From Desulfobulbus sp. (GTDB lineage: Bacteria; Desulfobacterota; Desulfobulbia; Desulfobulbales; Desulfobulbaceae): a stretch of DNA of 64,000 nucleotides. Positions within the stretch are counted from its first letter, which is position 1, and the number at the start of each line of letters is the position of its first letter. The stretch lies in NCBI RefSeq assembly GCF_031280615.1, contig NZ_JAITGO010000001.1; one strand, 5' to 3'. Positions 1 through 10,056 of this stretch are shown here, piece by piece. The translations under genes were made by a program, and so were the position numbers. The notes beneath the pieces were generated by a model. The model had not been told where the DNA came from. It did not search any database and was given only the letters and a program-made list of their open reading frames with translations.

Positions 1-1004
1 CAGGCGTAGTTGTTTTCCCATTCCAGCTCGTAGCCGGGGATGTGGAGGTTGGCCACGCAGTAGCCGGCGGTCCCGGCCATGACCAGGCCGCCTCGGCCGG
101 TGCCCTGCACGTCGCGGATGCGGCCGCCGGTGCCGGTCTCGGCGCCGGGAAAGGGGGCGACCCCGGTGGGAAAGTTGTGGGTTTCGGCGGTAAGCAGCGG
201 ATGATAGTAGACCGCGGCCTCGCGCAGCGGCGAGGGCTGGCCGGGCTGCTCGGGCAGGAGCGTGATCAGGGAGGTGCCCTCGATCACGCTGGAATTATCC
301 TTGAAGGCCACCTTGCTGCCCTTGGGATTGGCGGCCAGGGTATCGGTCACCACCTTGAACAGGGGCGTGTCGTAGTTTTGGCCGTCAATCACCTGCTTGC
401 CGCGGAAAAAGCCGTGGCGCGAATGCTCGGAGTTGGCGTTGTTGAGATCCATGATCTCGACAATGGTCGGGTTGCGGCCGCAACGCTTGACAAAATAGTC
501 GTGGTACAGCTCCCGGTCCCATTGGTCCATGGAGATGCCGGGGATGTCGAGCAGGCCGTCCGGCCCCTTGCCCATCAGGTCGACCTCGTAGACCGGCTCG
601 GGTTCGATGCCGGTCTCGAAGGTGGTCAGCGGAGCCGGGTAAACGCATTCGGTCATCCGGTCGTGATGCTTGGCGGCAAAGGCCGCCATCTCTTCGCCTT
701 CGGGCACCAGATAGCGGCGGGAGCGTTCCACCCGGGTGACCATGTCCAGGCCGACAGCCCGGCAGATGGACACCATGTTCGAGGACCAGGCGGTGGCGAA
801 GTTGAGCCGGGGGCCGATTTCGAGGACCCGTTCGCCGGTCAGGGCGGGCTCGAAGGTAACGGTATTGAGGAGAAAGCCGTCGGCCAGGATCAGGCGCAGC
901 CGTTCGGTTTCGCCCGGTTCCAGCACCCGGCTGGATTCGATGTTGAAGCAATAGGCGAAATCGGGCTTGAGCTGACGATGGAGTTGAGTGACAAGAGAGG
1001 GCAT
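1..1004 (-). CDS. purL: phosphoribosylformylglycinamidine synthase (large single-chain FGAM synthase), N-terminal part; runs off the window edge
   Basis: Not in the ORF track because it is open at the window edge. My minus-strand translation from the ATG at 1004 gives MPSLVTQLHRQLKPDFAYCFNIE...NNANSEHSRHGFFRGKQVIDG...TAETHNFPTGVAPFPGAETGTGGRIRDVQGTGRGG, which are typical FGAM synthase motifs. Confidence 0.8.
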   Translation of the reverse strand, partial: MPSLVTQLHRQLKPDFAYCFNIESSRVLEPGETERLRLILADGFLLNTVTFEPALTGERVLEIGPRLNFATAWSSNMVSICRAVGLDMVTRVERSRRYLVPEGEEMAAFAAKHHDRMTECVYPAPLTTFETGIEPEPVYEVDLMGKGPDGLLDIPGISMDQWDRELYHDYFVKRCGRNPTIVEIMDLNNANSEHSRHGFFRGKQVIDGQNYDTPLFKVVTDTLAANPKGSKVAFKDNSSVIEGTSLITLLPEQPGQPSPLREAAVYYHPLLTAETHNFPTGVAPFPGAETGTGGRIRDVQGTGRGGLVMAGTAGYCVANLHIPGYELEWENNYA

Positions 1005-2055
1005 ATTGTTCGTTGTTATGGCTATGAGGATGAAAATTAGTGGTAAGTGGATTGCTTGCGGATGGAGTTATTTTTTCAATGATAAGGTTGAATTTGTGGG
1101 CGTCACCTACAGTCTGGCTGCATGAGAGATTATATCTTCTAACCACCAAATTTTGCTGCTGTAAGATAAGCATCTCCAGTTTGGGATGTGCATGACGTCG
1201 AACACGAGAAATGATATCGCAGAAGGGCAACGTACCCGACAAGAACATGTAAATGTGCGTGGTATCAAATAACAAGAGAGTTGTTTTGCGACCGGATGCT
1301 TGTTGAATGGCGACGCTGGAATACCCCGATATGGAAACCATAACTCCCATAGTGTTGTCAGCTTTGTCGTCGACCTTAGAGCGAAGAGAATCAATTTCGG
1401 TGGCGTCAGCTTGGCTTGCAGTAATTTTCAGCTCAACGAGGTAGGTCGTTCCATCGAGAGTGAGCGAGCCGTCGATTTGCCTTCCTGAGGTAACATAAGG
1501 TCGTCGATTTTGGATCTCGCAGAAATCAAGAAGGTCATAGAACCAGTCTTGAAAGTCGTACCCGCCTTGCTGTGTTCCAACAGTAGAATGCAGAGCTTCT
1601 AAGCGTTGTTGTAATTTGGCTTTGTCAGTCAGACTTCGCTGTATCTTCTGACGATCTTCGCGTGCCCTAGCCTTGGCCTCTTCTCGCTCTTTTTCGATCC
1701 TGATAATTTCGCTTTGCACTTTAAGGTATGCCTTTAATTCGGCAACGGCTTTTGTCGCTTCGTCGATTTTTTGTGCAGAGTCTTCCCAATTACGTAAGTC
1801 TGGAAAAGTTGTTTGCTCTGAAATAAACTGTGCCATCTCAAAAATAACAGATTTTCCACGGATTGATGCTTGGAGTTTTTGAAATGTTCGGTCGAGAAAG
1901 TCTCGTTTGCTTTCATCTGATGCCCAGGTAGCAACGAACGCTTCTGTTACGTGAGAAGCGCGTAAAAATTTGCGCAATGCTTCTTTGCGCCAAAAGGACT
2001 TAAGTGCGGCCTCGTAGGTTAACTCAATGAGCCGAGGAGTGATTTTTGCTGCCAT
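385..2055 (-). CDS. Mrr-like restriction endonuclease (PD-(D/E)xK) domain protein with an N-terminal coiled-coil region. The ORF has no stop until 385, so its C-terminal ~200 aa are out-of-frame read-through of purL (possible pseudogene or lost stop).
   Basis: Residues ~165-285 (GYDFQDWFYDLLDFCEI...QIDGSLTLDGTTYLVELKITASQ...GVMVSISGYSSVAIQQA...LLLFD) follow the Mrr catalytic-domain pattern with a D...ELK motif. A Lys/Glu-rich helical stretch precedes it. The sequence downstream of ~1100 is a Pro/Arg/Gly-rich nonsense-like tail overlapping purL in another frame. Confidence 0.55.
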   Translation of the reverse strand: MAAKITPRLIELTYEAALKSFWRKEALRKFLRASHVTEAFVATWASDESKRDFLDRTFQKLQASIRGKSVIFEMAQFISEQTTFPDLRNWEDSAQKIDEATKAVAELKAYLKVQSEIIRIEKEREEAKARAREDRQKIQRSLTDKAKLQQRLEALHSTVGTQQGGYDFQDWFYDLLDFCEIQNRRPYVTSGRQIDGSLTLDGTTYLVELKITASQADATEIDSLRSKVDDKADNTMGVMVSISGYSSVAIQQASGRKTTLLLFDTTHIYMFLSGTLPFCDIISRVRRHAHPKLEMLILQQQNLVVRRYNLSCSQTVGDAHKFNLIIEKITPSASNPLTTNFHPHSHNNEQYALSCHSTPSSAQARFRLLLQHRIQPGAGTGRNRTAAPDPGRRLSPQYRYLRARPDRRTGPRNRPPAQLRHRLVLEHGVHLPGCRPGHGHPGGTLPPLSGARRRRDGGLCRQASRPDDRMRLPGSADHLRDRHRTRAGLRGRPDGQGAGRPARHPRHLHGPMGPGAVPRLFCQALRPQPDHCRDHGSQQRQLRAFAPRLFPRQAGD

Positions 2056-2300
2056 TAGTTTGGGAAGATCAAAAATTTAGAGGCCTAAATCAAATTTTCT
2101 CTCAATTATTCAAGGAATTTATTGCTCCACTCAAAATGACAAACGAAAACCTCTCCTTTTTTTGACAAGACTGTCAACACCTGTCTGCTTGCACGATTTT
2201 CCGGCTTGTCATGCCGCCATCTTCTTGTTCCGGTTCACGGCGGCGAGTGCAACAAAGGCACACCTTTCGAGCAGACGTGTCCAACTTACCAATGCCCCAC

Positions 2301-3890
2301 CTATTTTTCCGCCTCAAAGTGTGTGTCGGCTTCGCTTTTTTTGCAACTCTCCCTGTCGGGCCAGGGAAAACAGCCGCTGAAAAACGGGGCATGGTTGGAG
2401 GTGAAGAACGGCGGGTCGCGGCGGAGGATGGTGGTGATCTGCGGTTGGCGTTTGAATTCGCGGTCGAGGAAGGTTCGCACCGATCGTCGGTCCCAACCCC
2501 GGGGATGGACGAAATCCAGGTAGAGCGATAGATCGGCCGGGGAAAATTCACTGCCCGGCAACCGCTTGGCCTCTTCGCTGGCAATCGGCATGTTGAAGAT
2601 GGCCAGGTTGAGAAAGGTGATGGCCCGGTGGTGGCGCAGGACGAAATTCATGGTTTGCCGCGCCTCCACCAACGATTCCGAGGGGGTGCCGAAGAGCAGG
2701 TAGACGTAGGTGGCAATGCCGGCCTGTTTCAGGGCCGCGAAGACCCGGGCCGCCAACTCCAGGCGGACGCCCTTGTCCATGGCGTCCAGCACCGCCTGGC
2801 TGCCCGATTCCAGTCCCAGCTTAAGCAGGACGCAGCCGGCGGCACGCAACTGCCGGCAAAAGTCGACATCGGCCAATTGCTCGTGGAAACGAACAAAACC
2901 GAACCAGGGCGCTCCGGGCGGCCGGTCGCGCAGCGCTGTCAGGAGCGCCGGGCTGACGGCATTGTCGAGCAGGTGGATCAGGTTCGGTCGCAGATCGTGG
3001 CAAAGCTGCGCCATCTGGCTGGTCGCGGTCTGGGGTGCAATCGGTTGGTAGCGGTTTTGCTCGGCGGTTTCCGGACAAAAAGTGCAGCGGTTCCAGTAGC
3101 AGCCGCGCGAGGCGGAATAAGGCAGGATCGGGCCGGGGGCGAGGTAGTCGGCCAGCGGCAGGTCCGGGTAGTCGGGGGCCGTGTCCGTTATTGGGCCGTC
3201 GTAGCCCAACAGGCGCAGCAGCGGCACTTCGCCGGGCCCTTGGATGCAGCGGTCCACCAGGCCGACGAAAGGCTCATTCCAGCCGGGGCGGCCCATCCAG
3301 GAACTGAGCAGGCCGCCGCCCAACACCAGTTTGATCGCGGGATATCGGTTCCGGAGGAACCCGAGTAGGGCAAAGGTGCAGACCGCCTGGCTGAGATAAC
3401 ACAGCGATAGGCCGATCCACTCGGGTGCGAGTTCTTCCAGCAAAGCGGGCAGCCGCGCCTCCATCCAAGGGAAAAAGGGACTGCGTTTGAAATGCGCCGC
3501 CGCCTGCAACAGCTGGTCGCTGGCGAGCGGATCGAACTCGTCTTGATAATTGCCCAGGCTTACATGGATTGCCGGATGCTTTTGAGCCAGCAACTCCAGC
3601 GCCCGGTTGAGGTCGCGCACCGCCCGCTGGTAGCGATCGACATTCCGGTAGAGTTCGGGGGAGCGCAGGGCCGCCAGATTGGCGTGCCGATGGCGCAGGG
3701 CCCGTTTGGACCAGGCGTCGTCGGCTGCAGGGGGCTCCTGGCCCAAGAGAAACAGCAGGCCTTCGAGATTGGCATCCAGCTGGGCGCAGACGATGCCGTG
3801 CCGGCGTAGGCAACCGGCCAGGGCGGCGATGCCGGGCGGCGGTTCGCCGGGTTTGGCCACCGGCGGATGGATCAGCAGGATCGAGGTCAT
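2301..3890 (-). CDS. B12-binding-domain-like / radical SAM protein
   Basis: 529-aa ORF. The N-terminus (ILLIHPPVAKPGEPPPGIAALAGCLRRHG) resembles the B12-binding-like domain of class B radical SAM enzymes. The cluster motif is SRGCYWNRCTFCPE. Confidence 0.8.
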   Translation of the reverse strand: MTSILLIHPPVAKPGEPPPGIAALAGCLRRHGIVCAQLDANLEGLLFLLGQEPPAADDAWSKRALRHRHANLAALRSPELYRNVDRYQRAVRDLNRALELLAQKHPAIHVSLGNYQDEFDPLASDQLLQAAAHFKRSPFFPWMEARLPALLEELAPEWIGLSLCYLSQAVCTFALLGFLRNRYPAIKLVLGGGLLSSWMGRPGWNEPFVGLVDRCIQGPGEVPLLRLLGYDGPITDTAPDYPDLPLADYLAPGPILPYSASRGCYWNRCTFCPETAEQNRYQPIAPQTATSQMAQLCHDLRPNLIHLLDNAVSPALLTALRDRPPGAPWFGFVRFHEQLADVDFCRQLRAAGCVLLKLGLESGSQAVLDAMDKGVRLELAARVFAALKQAGIATYVYLLFGTPSESLVEARQTMNFVLRHHRAITFLNLAIFNMPIASEEAKRLPGSEFSPADLSLYLDFVHPRGWDRRSVRTFLDREFKRQPQITTILRRDPPFFTSNHAPFFSGCFPWPDRESCKKSEADTHFEAEK

Positions 3891-3988
3891 GGGGAGATTT
3901 TCGGTTCGGCTTCTTGTTGGCGAGTGTTCTTCGTCAGGCGAAAATGGTCCATGCCTGACCGAACAAGGTCACCCCCTCGCCGGGAGGC

Positions 3989-4020
3989 ATTCTTTTCTTT
4001 GCGTGCCCAAAGAAAAGAAT
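3989..4020. repeat. perfect 12-bp inverted repeat (ATTCTTTTCTTT / AAAGAAAAGAAT) with an 8-nt spacer; function unknown
   Basis: Read directly: attcttttcttt gcgtgccc aaagaaaagaat. It lies in the 335-nt gap between the prfC stop and the radical SAM start. Confidence 0.9.
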
Positions 4021-4225
4021 CAAAAGAAAAGGCAGCCGCGCCGCTGAGGTGACCCCGGCCGCCGAGCCGCGAAACCGGCGGGGCAAGAACTCGCTGCGCT
4101 CGAACAGCTTGCCCCTTGCTCCCGGTTCCGCATCTCGCCGCCCGGCTCAGCGGCAAGGGCGTTCAGCATCCTGCGACAACATGATTTTTTTGTCATGCCG
4201 AAGGTGGTGAGATTTTTCTCGGCGC

Positions 4226-5815
<1,590 letters not shown>

Positions 5816-5920
5816 GTCGGTGCGGTGTTGGGCCTGGGTGTTTTCGGGTATGCCGCGCAGGGTGTCGCGCTATCGATTGCTGGCGCGTGTCTTCCGGCGA
5901 ATTCTGCGGTCTCGGAGCAT

Positions 5921-5948
5921 TCAAAAAAAATGGGCCGGAAACCGGCCC
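5921..5948 (-). terminator. intrinsic terminator on the minus strand (GGGCCGG-TTT-CCGGCCC followed by A + T8), 117 nt upstream of the prfC start
   Basis: The plus strand reads tcaaaaaaaatgggccggaaaccggccc. On the minus strand this is a 7-bp GC stem followed by a U8 tract. Confidence 0.6.
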
Positions 5949-6173
5949 AGGTACGTGCTCGCGGACTGCGCGGCAACCATACAGCATGCGACGCAATTTG
6001 TCCATTCGTCATTCTTTCTGCGCTCCGGAGCTGCGTGCCGTCGAGGGCACCGCGCATGGCGATGACAAGAAAGGGATGACAAGGGGAAAAAAGAAATGGT
6101 CAATTGATCCATATTGCGTATCCTGAAAGTAGCGCGGCCCGCGCCTCCTCTCCACCTCCACAACCCTGTGCCC

Positions 6174-7118
6174 ATGTCTCTGCAGATATTCGATGTCGAT
6201 CAGCTTCTTCCGGATCCGGATCTGGATGGATTCAGGCAAAATGCGCCTGACAAATGTTTGTTCGTCGGGGAAAGCCGTTGCGGCATATGGTTTGCCCGTG
6301 CAGGAAGCAATGGGGAAAACTATGGCGTAATCGGCCATTATGCCGCCCGGGACGGCCGACAGAGCCAAGAGTTGCTGGCAGCGGCCTGCGACCTCCTGCG
6401 GGATGGCGGTTGCACCGCTGTCTATGGGCCGATGGATGGCAACACCTGGAAATCGTACCGGTTCGTCACTTGGTCGAACGGTTCGCCGTCCTTTCTCATG
6501 GAACCGCGGAATCCATCGCAGTGGCCAGAATATTGGCGCCAATCCGGTTTTGTTCCCAGCCACGAATATATTTCCACCCTGGTCACCGATCTCGCCTCGG
6601 TTGATCCAAGACTGGCAAAAGCGCGGACGCGGCTGCAGGAGGCGGGCATTACCTGGAGGCCGGTCGATCTCGGCCGGTTTGAGGACGAGCTGAAGCAGGT
6701 GTACCGGCTGTCCTTGGCGGCCTTCAAAAAAAATGTCCTTTATACCGAAATCGACGAAACAACCTTCCTGCGCCAGTATCTTCCCTTTGCCGGCAAAATC
6801 GACGCCGGATATGTGCTCCTGGCGCACGATGCGGAAGCCCGTTGCTGCGGTTTCGTCTTTGCCATCCCCGACCTGCTGCAACTGCAACAGGGCTCGTCAG
6901 TGGACCGTTTGGTCATCAAGACCCTGGCCGTGCATTCGAACAGAAGCATTGCGGGCCTCGGTGCGGTACTGGTGGACGAAGTCCAACGGACGGCGGGAAA
7001 AAACGGCCTCACGTCGGCAATCCACGCCTTGATGTATGCAGGCAATGTTTCAGCCAATATCGGCAAGGGCGGCACCCTGCTCCGCCGCTACGCCCTCTTT
7101 GGCAAGGCCCTGGCATGA
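6174..7118 (+). CDS. GNAT-fold acyltransferase-like protein (first gene of the seven-gene operon)
   Basis: ORF 6114..7118. I prefer the ATG at 6174 over the TTG at 6114. The C-terminal half (LVIKTLAVHSNRSIAGLGAVLVDEV) resembles the acyl-CoA-binding beta4-alpha3 segment of GNAT enzymes. Its stop overlaps the next gene's start (ATGA at 7115-7118). Confidence 0.6.
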   Translation: MSLQIFDVDQLLPDPDLDGFRQNAPDKCLFVGESRCGIWFARAGSNGENYGVIGHYAARDGRQSQELLAAACDLLRDGGCTAVYGPMDGNTWKSYRFVTWSNGSPSFLMEPRNPSQWPEYWRQSGFVPSHEYISTLVTDLASVDPRLAKARTRLQEAGITWRPVDLGRFEDELKQVYRLSLAAFKKNVLYTEIDETTFLRQYLPFAGKIDAGYVLLAHDAEARCCGFVFAIPDLLQLQQGSSVDRLVIKTLAVHSNRSIAGLGAVLVDEVQRTAGKNGLTSAIHALMYAGNVSANIGKGGTLLRRYALFGKALA

Positions 7119-8665
7119 ACGTGGTTGAACTGTTGGCGGCACAGGCCGAACAGCGTGGCAACCAGCTGGCGCTTTGCCATGGCCGCGACAGCATCACCTT
7201 CCGTAACTTGCACGAGCAATCCTGCCGGGGCAGTGCCATGCTGAGGTCGCTGGGCTTTGAACCGGGGGATGCGGTTCTGGTTTTCGTGCCCATGTCGATC
7301 GATCTCTATTGCATCCTGCTCTCGTTGTGGCGATTGGGGATGACGGCCATGTTCGTCGATCCCTCCGCCGATGCGAAAACCATGCGGGAGTGCTGCGCCA
7401 GAGCGAAACCCAGAGGGTTCATCGGCACGCCGCTTGCCCAGTTGCTGCGGCTGAAAAACCCGGCGCTCCGCAGTCTTGCTCCTGTCCTGACCACCGGGTG
7501 GCTGCCGTTTCACGCTTGCTGGTCCGCTGCTTCCCGCTGGGCGATAGACTCCGGCTCGGTTGCCTGCAAACCGGAGACCCCGGCACTCATCACCTTCACT
7601 TCCGGGACAACCGGCACCCCCAAGGGAACCGTGCGCACCCATGGATTCCTCTTGGCTCAGAAACGTGTTCTTGAAAAAACGCTCAAGCTGCAAGCAGGCA
7701 AGGCAGACTTGGCAACCCTGCCCATCTTTGCCCTGATCAACCTGGCCTGCGGCGTCACCACCATTATTCCGAAAACGAGCCTGAAACATCCGGCCAAGGT
7801 ATCGACCCAGCCTATCCTTGCGGACTGCGCCCGATTCCGGCCGGCTACCGCGGTGGCTTCTCCCGCCTTTTTCGCGTGTCTGCTGGAAGATCCCCGGCAT
7901 GTGCAACTGCGTTGTCTTGAATCCTTGTATACCGGTGGCGCCCCGGTTTTTCCCGGCTTGCTCAGAAAACTGGCAACAGCGCTGCCCGGTACGGCCATAA
8001 TCGCCGTTTACGGCAGCACCGAGGCCGAACCCATTGCCGAACTGCACTCCAGCGATATCAGCGACGACGATTACCGCCGCATGGCAGAGGGTGGTGGCCT
8101 GCTTGCCGGAACAGTGGTGGAAGCAATCGACTGTCGCATCATGGAGGAGCGCTGGGGCAGGGAACTTGGCCGCCTGAGTGCGGCGGAGTTCCGCGGTCTG
8201 GTCCGATCGAGCGGGGAGGTCGGCGAGATCGTCGTCCAGGGCGAACATGTGCTCACCGGCTATCTGGATGGGATCGGCGACGGGGCCAATAAATTTTCGG
8301 TTGAAGGCTCTGTGTGGCATCGCACCGGCGATCTCGGCTATTTCGATGCGAATGGACGCCTCTGGTTGCTGGGACGCTGTGCTGCGGCCATACGGGATGC
8401 CAGGGGAGTCGCCTATCCCTTTGCCCTGGAAACCGCGGCAAGGCAGTTCGAGCAGATAACCAAGGCGGCCTTCTGCCAAGTGGGGGAAGACAGGGTGCTG
8501 GCCATCGAAACCCGTCTTCCGCCCGACGAAGCCGATAGGTTGCTCGGACCTCTCATCAAAAGGTTTTGCCTCGATCGTCTTGTCCTCGGCACCATCCCGA
8601 TGGACAGACGGCATAATGCCAAGGTCAACTATCCGGAACTGCGTAAACGGCTCGCATCATCTTGA
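7115..8665 (+). CDS. AMP-dependent synthetase/ligase (fatty-acid CoA ligase-like adenylating enzyme)
   Basis: Start MNVVELLAAQAEQRG; AMP-binding core ITFTSGTTGTPKG; YGSTEAEP; HRTGDLGYFDANGRLWLLGR; C-terminal IPMDRRHNAKV. Confidence 0.85.
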   Translation: MNVVELLAAQAEQRGNQLALCHGRDSITFRNLHEQSCRGSAMLRSLGFEPGDAVLVFVPMSIDLYCILLSLWRLGMTAMFVDPSADAKTMRECCARAKPRGFIGTPLAQLLRLKNPALRSLAPVLTTGWLPFHACWSAASRWAIDSGSVACKPETPALITFTSGTTGTPKGTVRTHGFLLAQKRVLEKTLKLQAGKADLATLPIFALINLACGVTTIIPKTSLKHPAKVSTQPILADCARFRPATAVASPAFFACLLEDPRHVQLRCLESLYTGGAPVFPGLLRKLATALPGTAIIAVYGSTEAEPIAELHSSDISDDDYRRMAEGGGLLAGTVVEAIDCRIMEERWGRELGRLSAAEFRGLVRSSGEVGEIVVQGEHVLTGYLDGIGDGANKFSVEGSVWHRTGDLGYFDANGRLWLLGRCAAAIRDARGVAYPFALETAARQFEQITKAAFCQVGEDRVLAIETRLPPDEADRLLGPLIKRFCLDRLVLGTIPMDRRHNAKVNYPELRKRLASS

Positions 8666-8711
8666 ATCGTCCTTCCTATGCCGCCCAATCCAACTTCATC
8701 CCGGTGATTTT

Positions 8712-9974
8712 ATGACTCAGAATTCACATAAAATTGAGCAACTCGCTGCAACTCTCCTCGGCGAACGATCGCAGGAGGAGGTCCGAAAACGACTCGAGGC
8801 GGACACCAAAACGCCGTATGCGCGGCTGGCCAACGTGAAAGGAACCGCCCCCGAGGCGTTACGCAGCCGCTGGGAAGATCTGCTCGGCCAAGGTCGGCCG
8901 ATCCCGTCGGCCCTCTACAACGGCGAAGACATGGATGTCTATGGCGCCAACATCGAAAACTGCATCGGCACGGTCAAATTGCCGGTCGGCATTGCCGGGC
9001 CGCTTCGGGTCAACGGCAGTTTTGCCAAGGGCGACTATTACCTGCCCCTGGCCACCACCGAGGCCGCATTGGTGGCAAGCTACCATCGCGGTGCCGTGAT
9101 TCTGTCGAAATCGGGCGGATGTTCGGCGGTGATCCTCGCCGAAGGAGTGACCCGTTCTCCGGGCTTTGCCTTTGCCTCCATCGGCGACATGTTGATTTTC
9201 GCCCACTGGGTGCTGACCCATAAGGACAAGTTGAAAGAGGTGGCGGCAACGACCACCAGGTTCGGTGTCCTCCAGGATATCCGCTTTGCGGCCCAGGGCA
9301 GCCATCTCTATCTCTTGTGCGATTTCTTCACCGGAGACGCTGCGGGGCAGAACATGGTGACCATCGCGACCCAGGTAATCTGCGATTTCATTATCGAACA
9401 GGCGCCGGTCGCCCCACAATACTGGTTTGTCGAGGCCAACGCCTCGGGCGACAAGAAGGCCACCGCCCAGTCCTTCTCCACGGTCCGGGGAAAAAAGGTG
9501 GCGGCCGAAGCGGTTATTCCGGGGAAATATATCGAACGTTTTCTTCACACCACCCCGGAGAAAATGGTGCGGTACTGGCAAATGTCCGCTCTGGGCGGGG
9601 TCATGACCGGTACGATCGGCGTCCAGGGACACTATGCCAACGGTCTTGCCGCCCTCTTCATCGCCTGTGGTCAGGATGCGGCCTGCGTGGCCGAGGCGGC
9701 GGTCGGCATCACCCGGTTTGCCATTCTTGAGGACAATGGACTCTATGTCTCTGCCACGCTGCCCAACATGATTGTGGGCACCGTGGGCGGCGGCACCAAG
9801 CTGCCGAGCCAGCAGGCGGCGCTGCAACTCATGGGACTGGACGGAGCCGGTCATGCCAGGGCCTTTGCCGAGGTCTGCGCCGCCGCCGCCCTGGCCGGGG
9901 AAATTTCCATAATAGGATCCATGGCCGCAGGCGATTTTACCAAGGCCCACGACGATCTCGCCAGGAAACGATAA
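8712..9974 (+). CDS. class I HMG-CoA reductase homolog (soluble, no membrane domain)
   Basis: ENCIGTVKLPVGIAGPL, TTEAALVAS, DAAGQNMV, SGDKKA, RGKKVAAEAVIP, GTVGGGTKLPSQ and C-terminal FTKAH match the class I HMGR catalytic Glu/Asp/Lys/His motifs. Confidence 0.85.
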   Translation: MTQNSHKIEQLAATLLGERSQEEVRKRLEADTKTPYARLANVKGTAPEALRSRWEDLLGQGRPIPSALYNGEDMDVYGANIENCIGTVKLPVGIAGPLRVNGSFAKGDYYLPLATTEAALVASYHRGAVILSKSGGCSAVILAEGVTRSPGFAFASIGDMLIFAHWVLTHKDKLKEVAATTTRFGVLQDIRFAAQGSHLYLLCDFFTGDAAGQNMVTIATQVICDFIIEQAPVAPQYWFVEANASGDKKATAQSFSTVRGKKVAAEAVIPGKYIERFLHTTPEKMVRYWQMSALGGVMTGTIGVQGHYANGLAALFIACGQDAACVAEAAVGITRFAILEDNGLYVSATLPNMIVGTVGGGTKLPSQQAALQLMGLDGAGHARAFAEVCAAAALAGEISIIGSMAAGDFTKAHDDLARKR

Positions 9975-10056
9975 CCTCGAGCGACCACGCACCATCTCCC
10001 CGCGAAAACACCCCTGCGGTACGCGCCGCAAGGTTCATGGATGAGGAATATTGACT

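Noticed and set aside
42-1040. 332-aa plus-strand ORF at the window start
   Set aside because: It is antisense to the well-supported purL N-terminus. Its translation is Gly/Ala/Val-rich with no motifs, which is the typical high-GC antisense artefact.
3887-4156. 89-aa minus-strand ORF overlapping the radical SAM start by 4 nt, considered as a possible RiPP precursor or partner
   Set aside because: The translation is Arg/Gly/Ala-rich. It spans the two hairpins, including the AT-rich dyad, and has no leader/core-like organisation or recognisable RBS. I treat it as non-coding.
7088-8614. 508-aa minus-strand ORF, with similar long antisense ORFs at 13401-14942 and 14666-15949
   Set aside because: All are antisense to operon genes that carry recognisable family motifs. 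Their translations are Arg/Gly/Pro-rich and lack domains.
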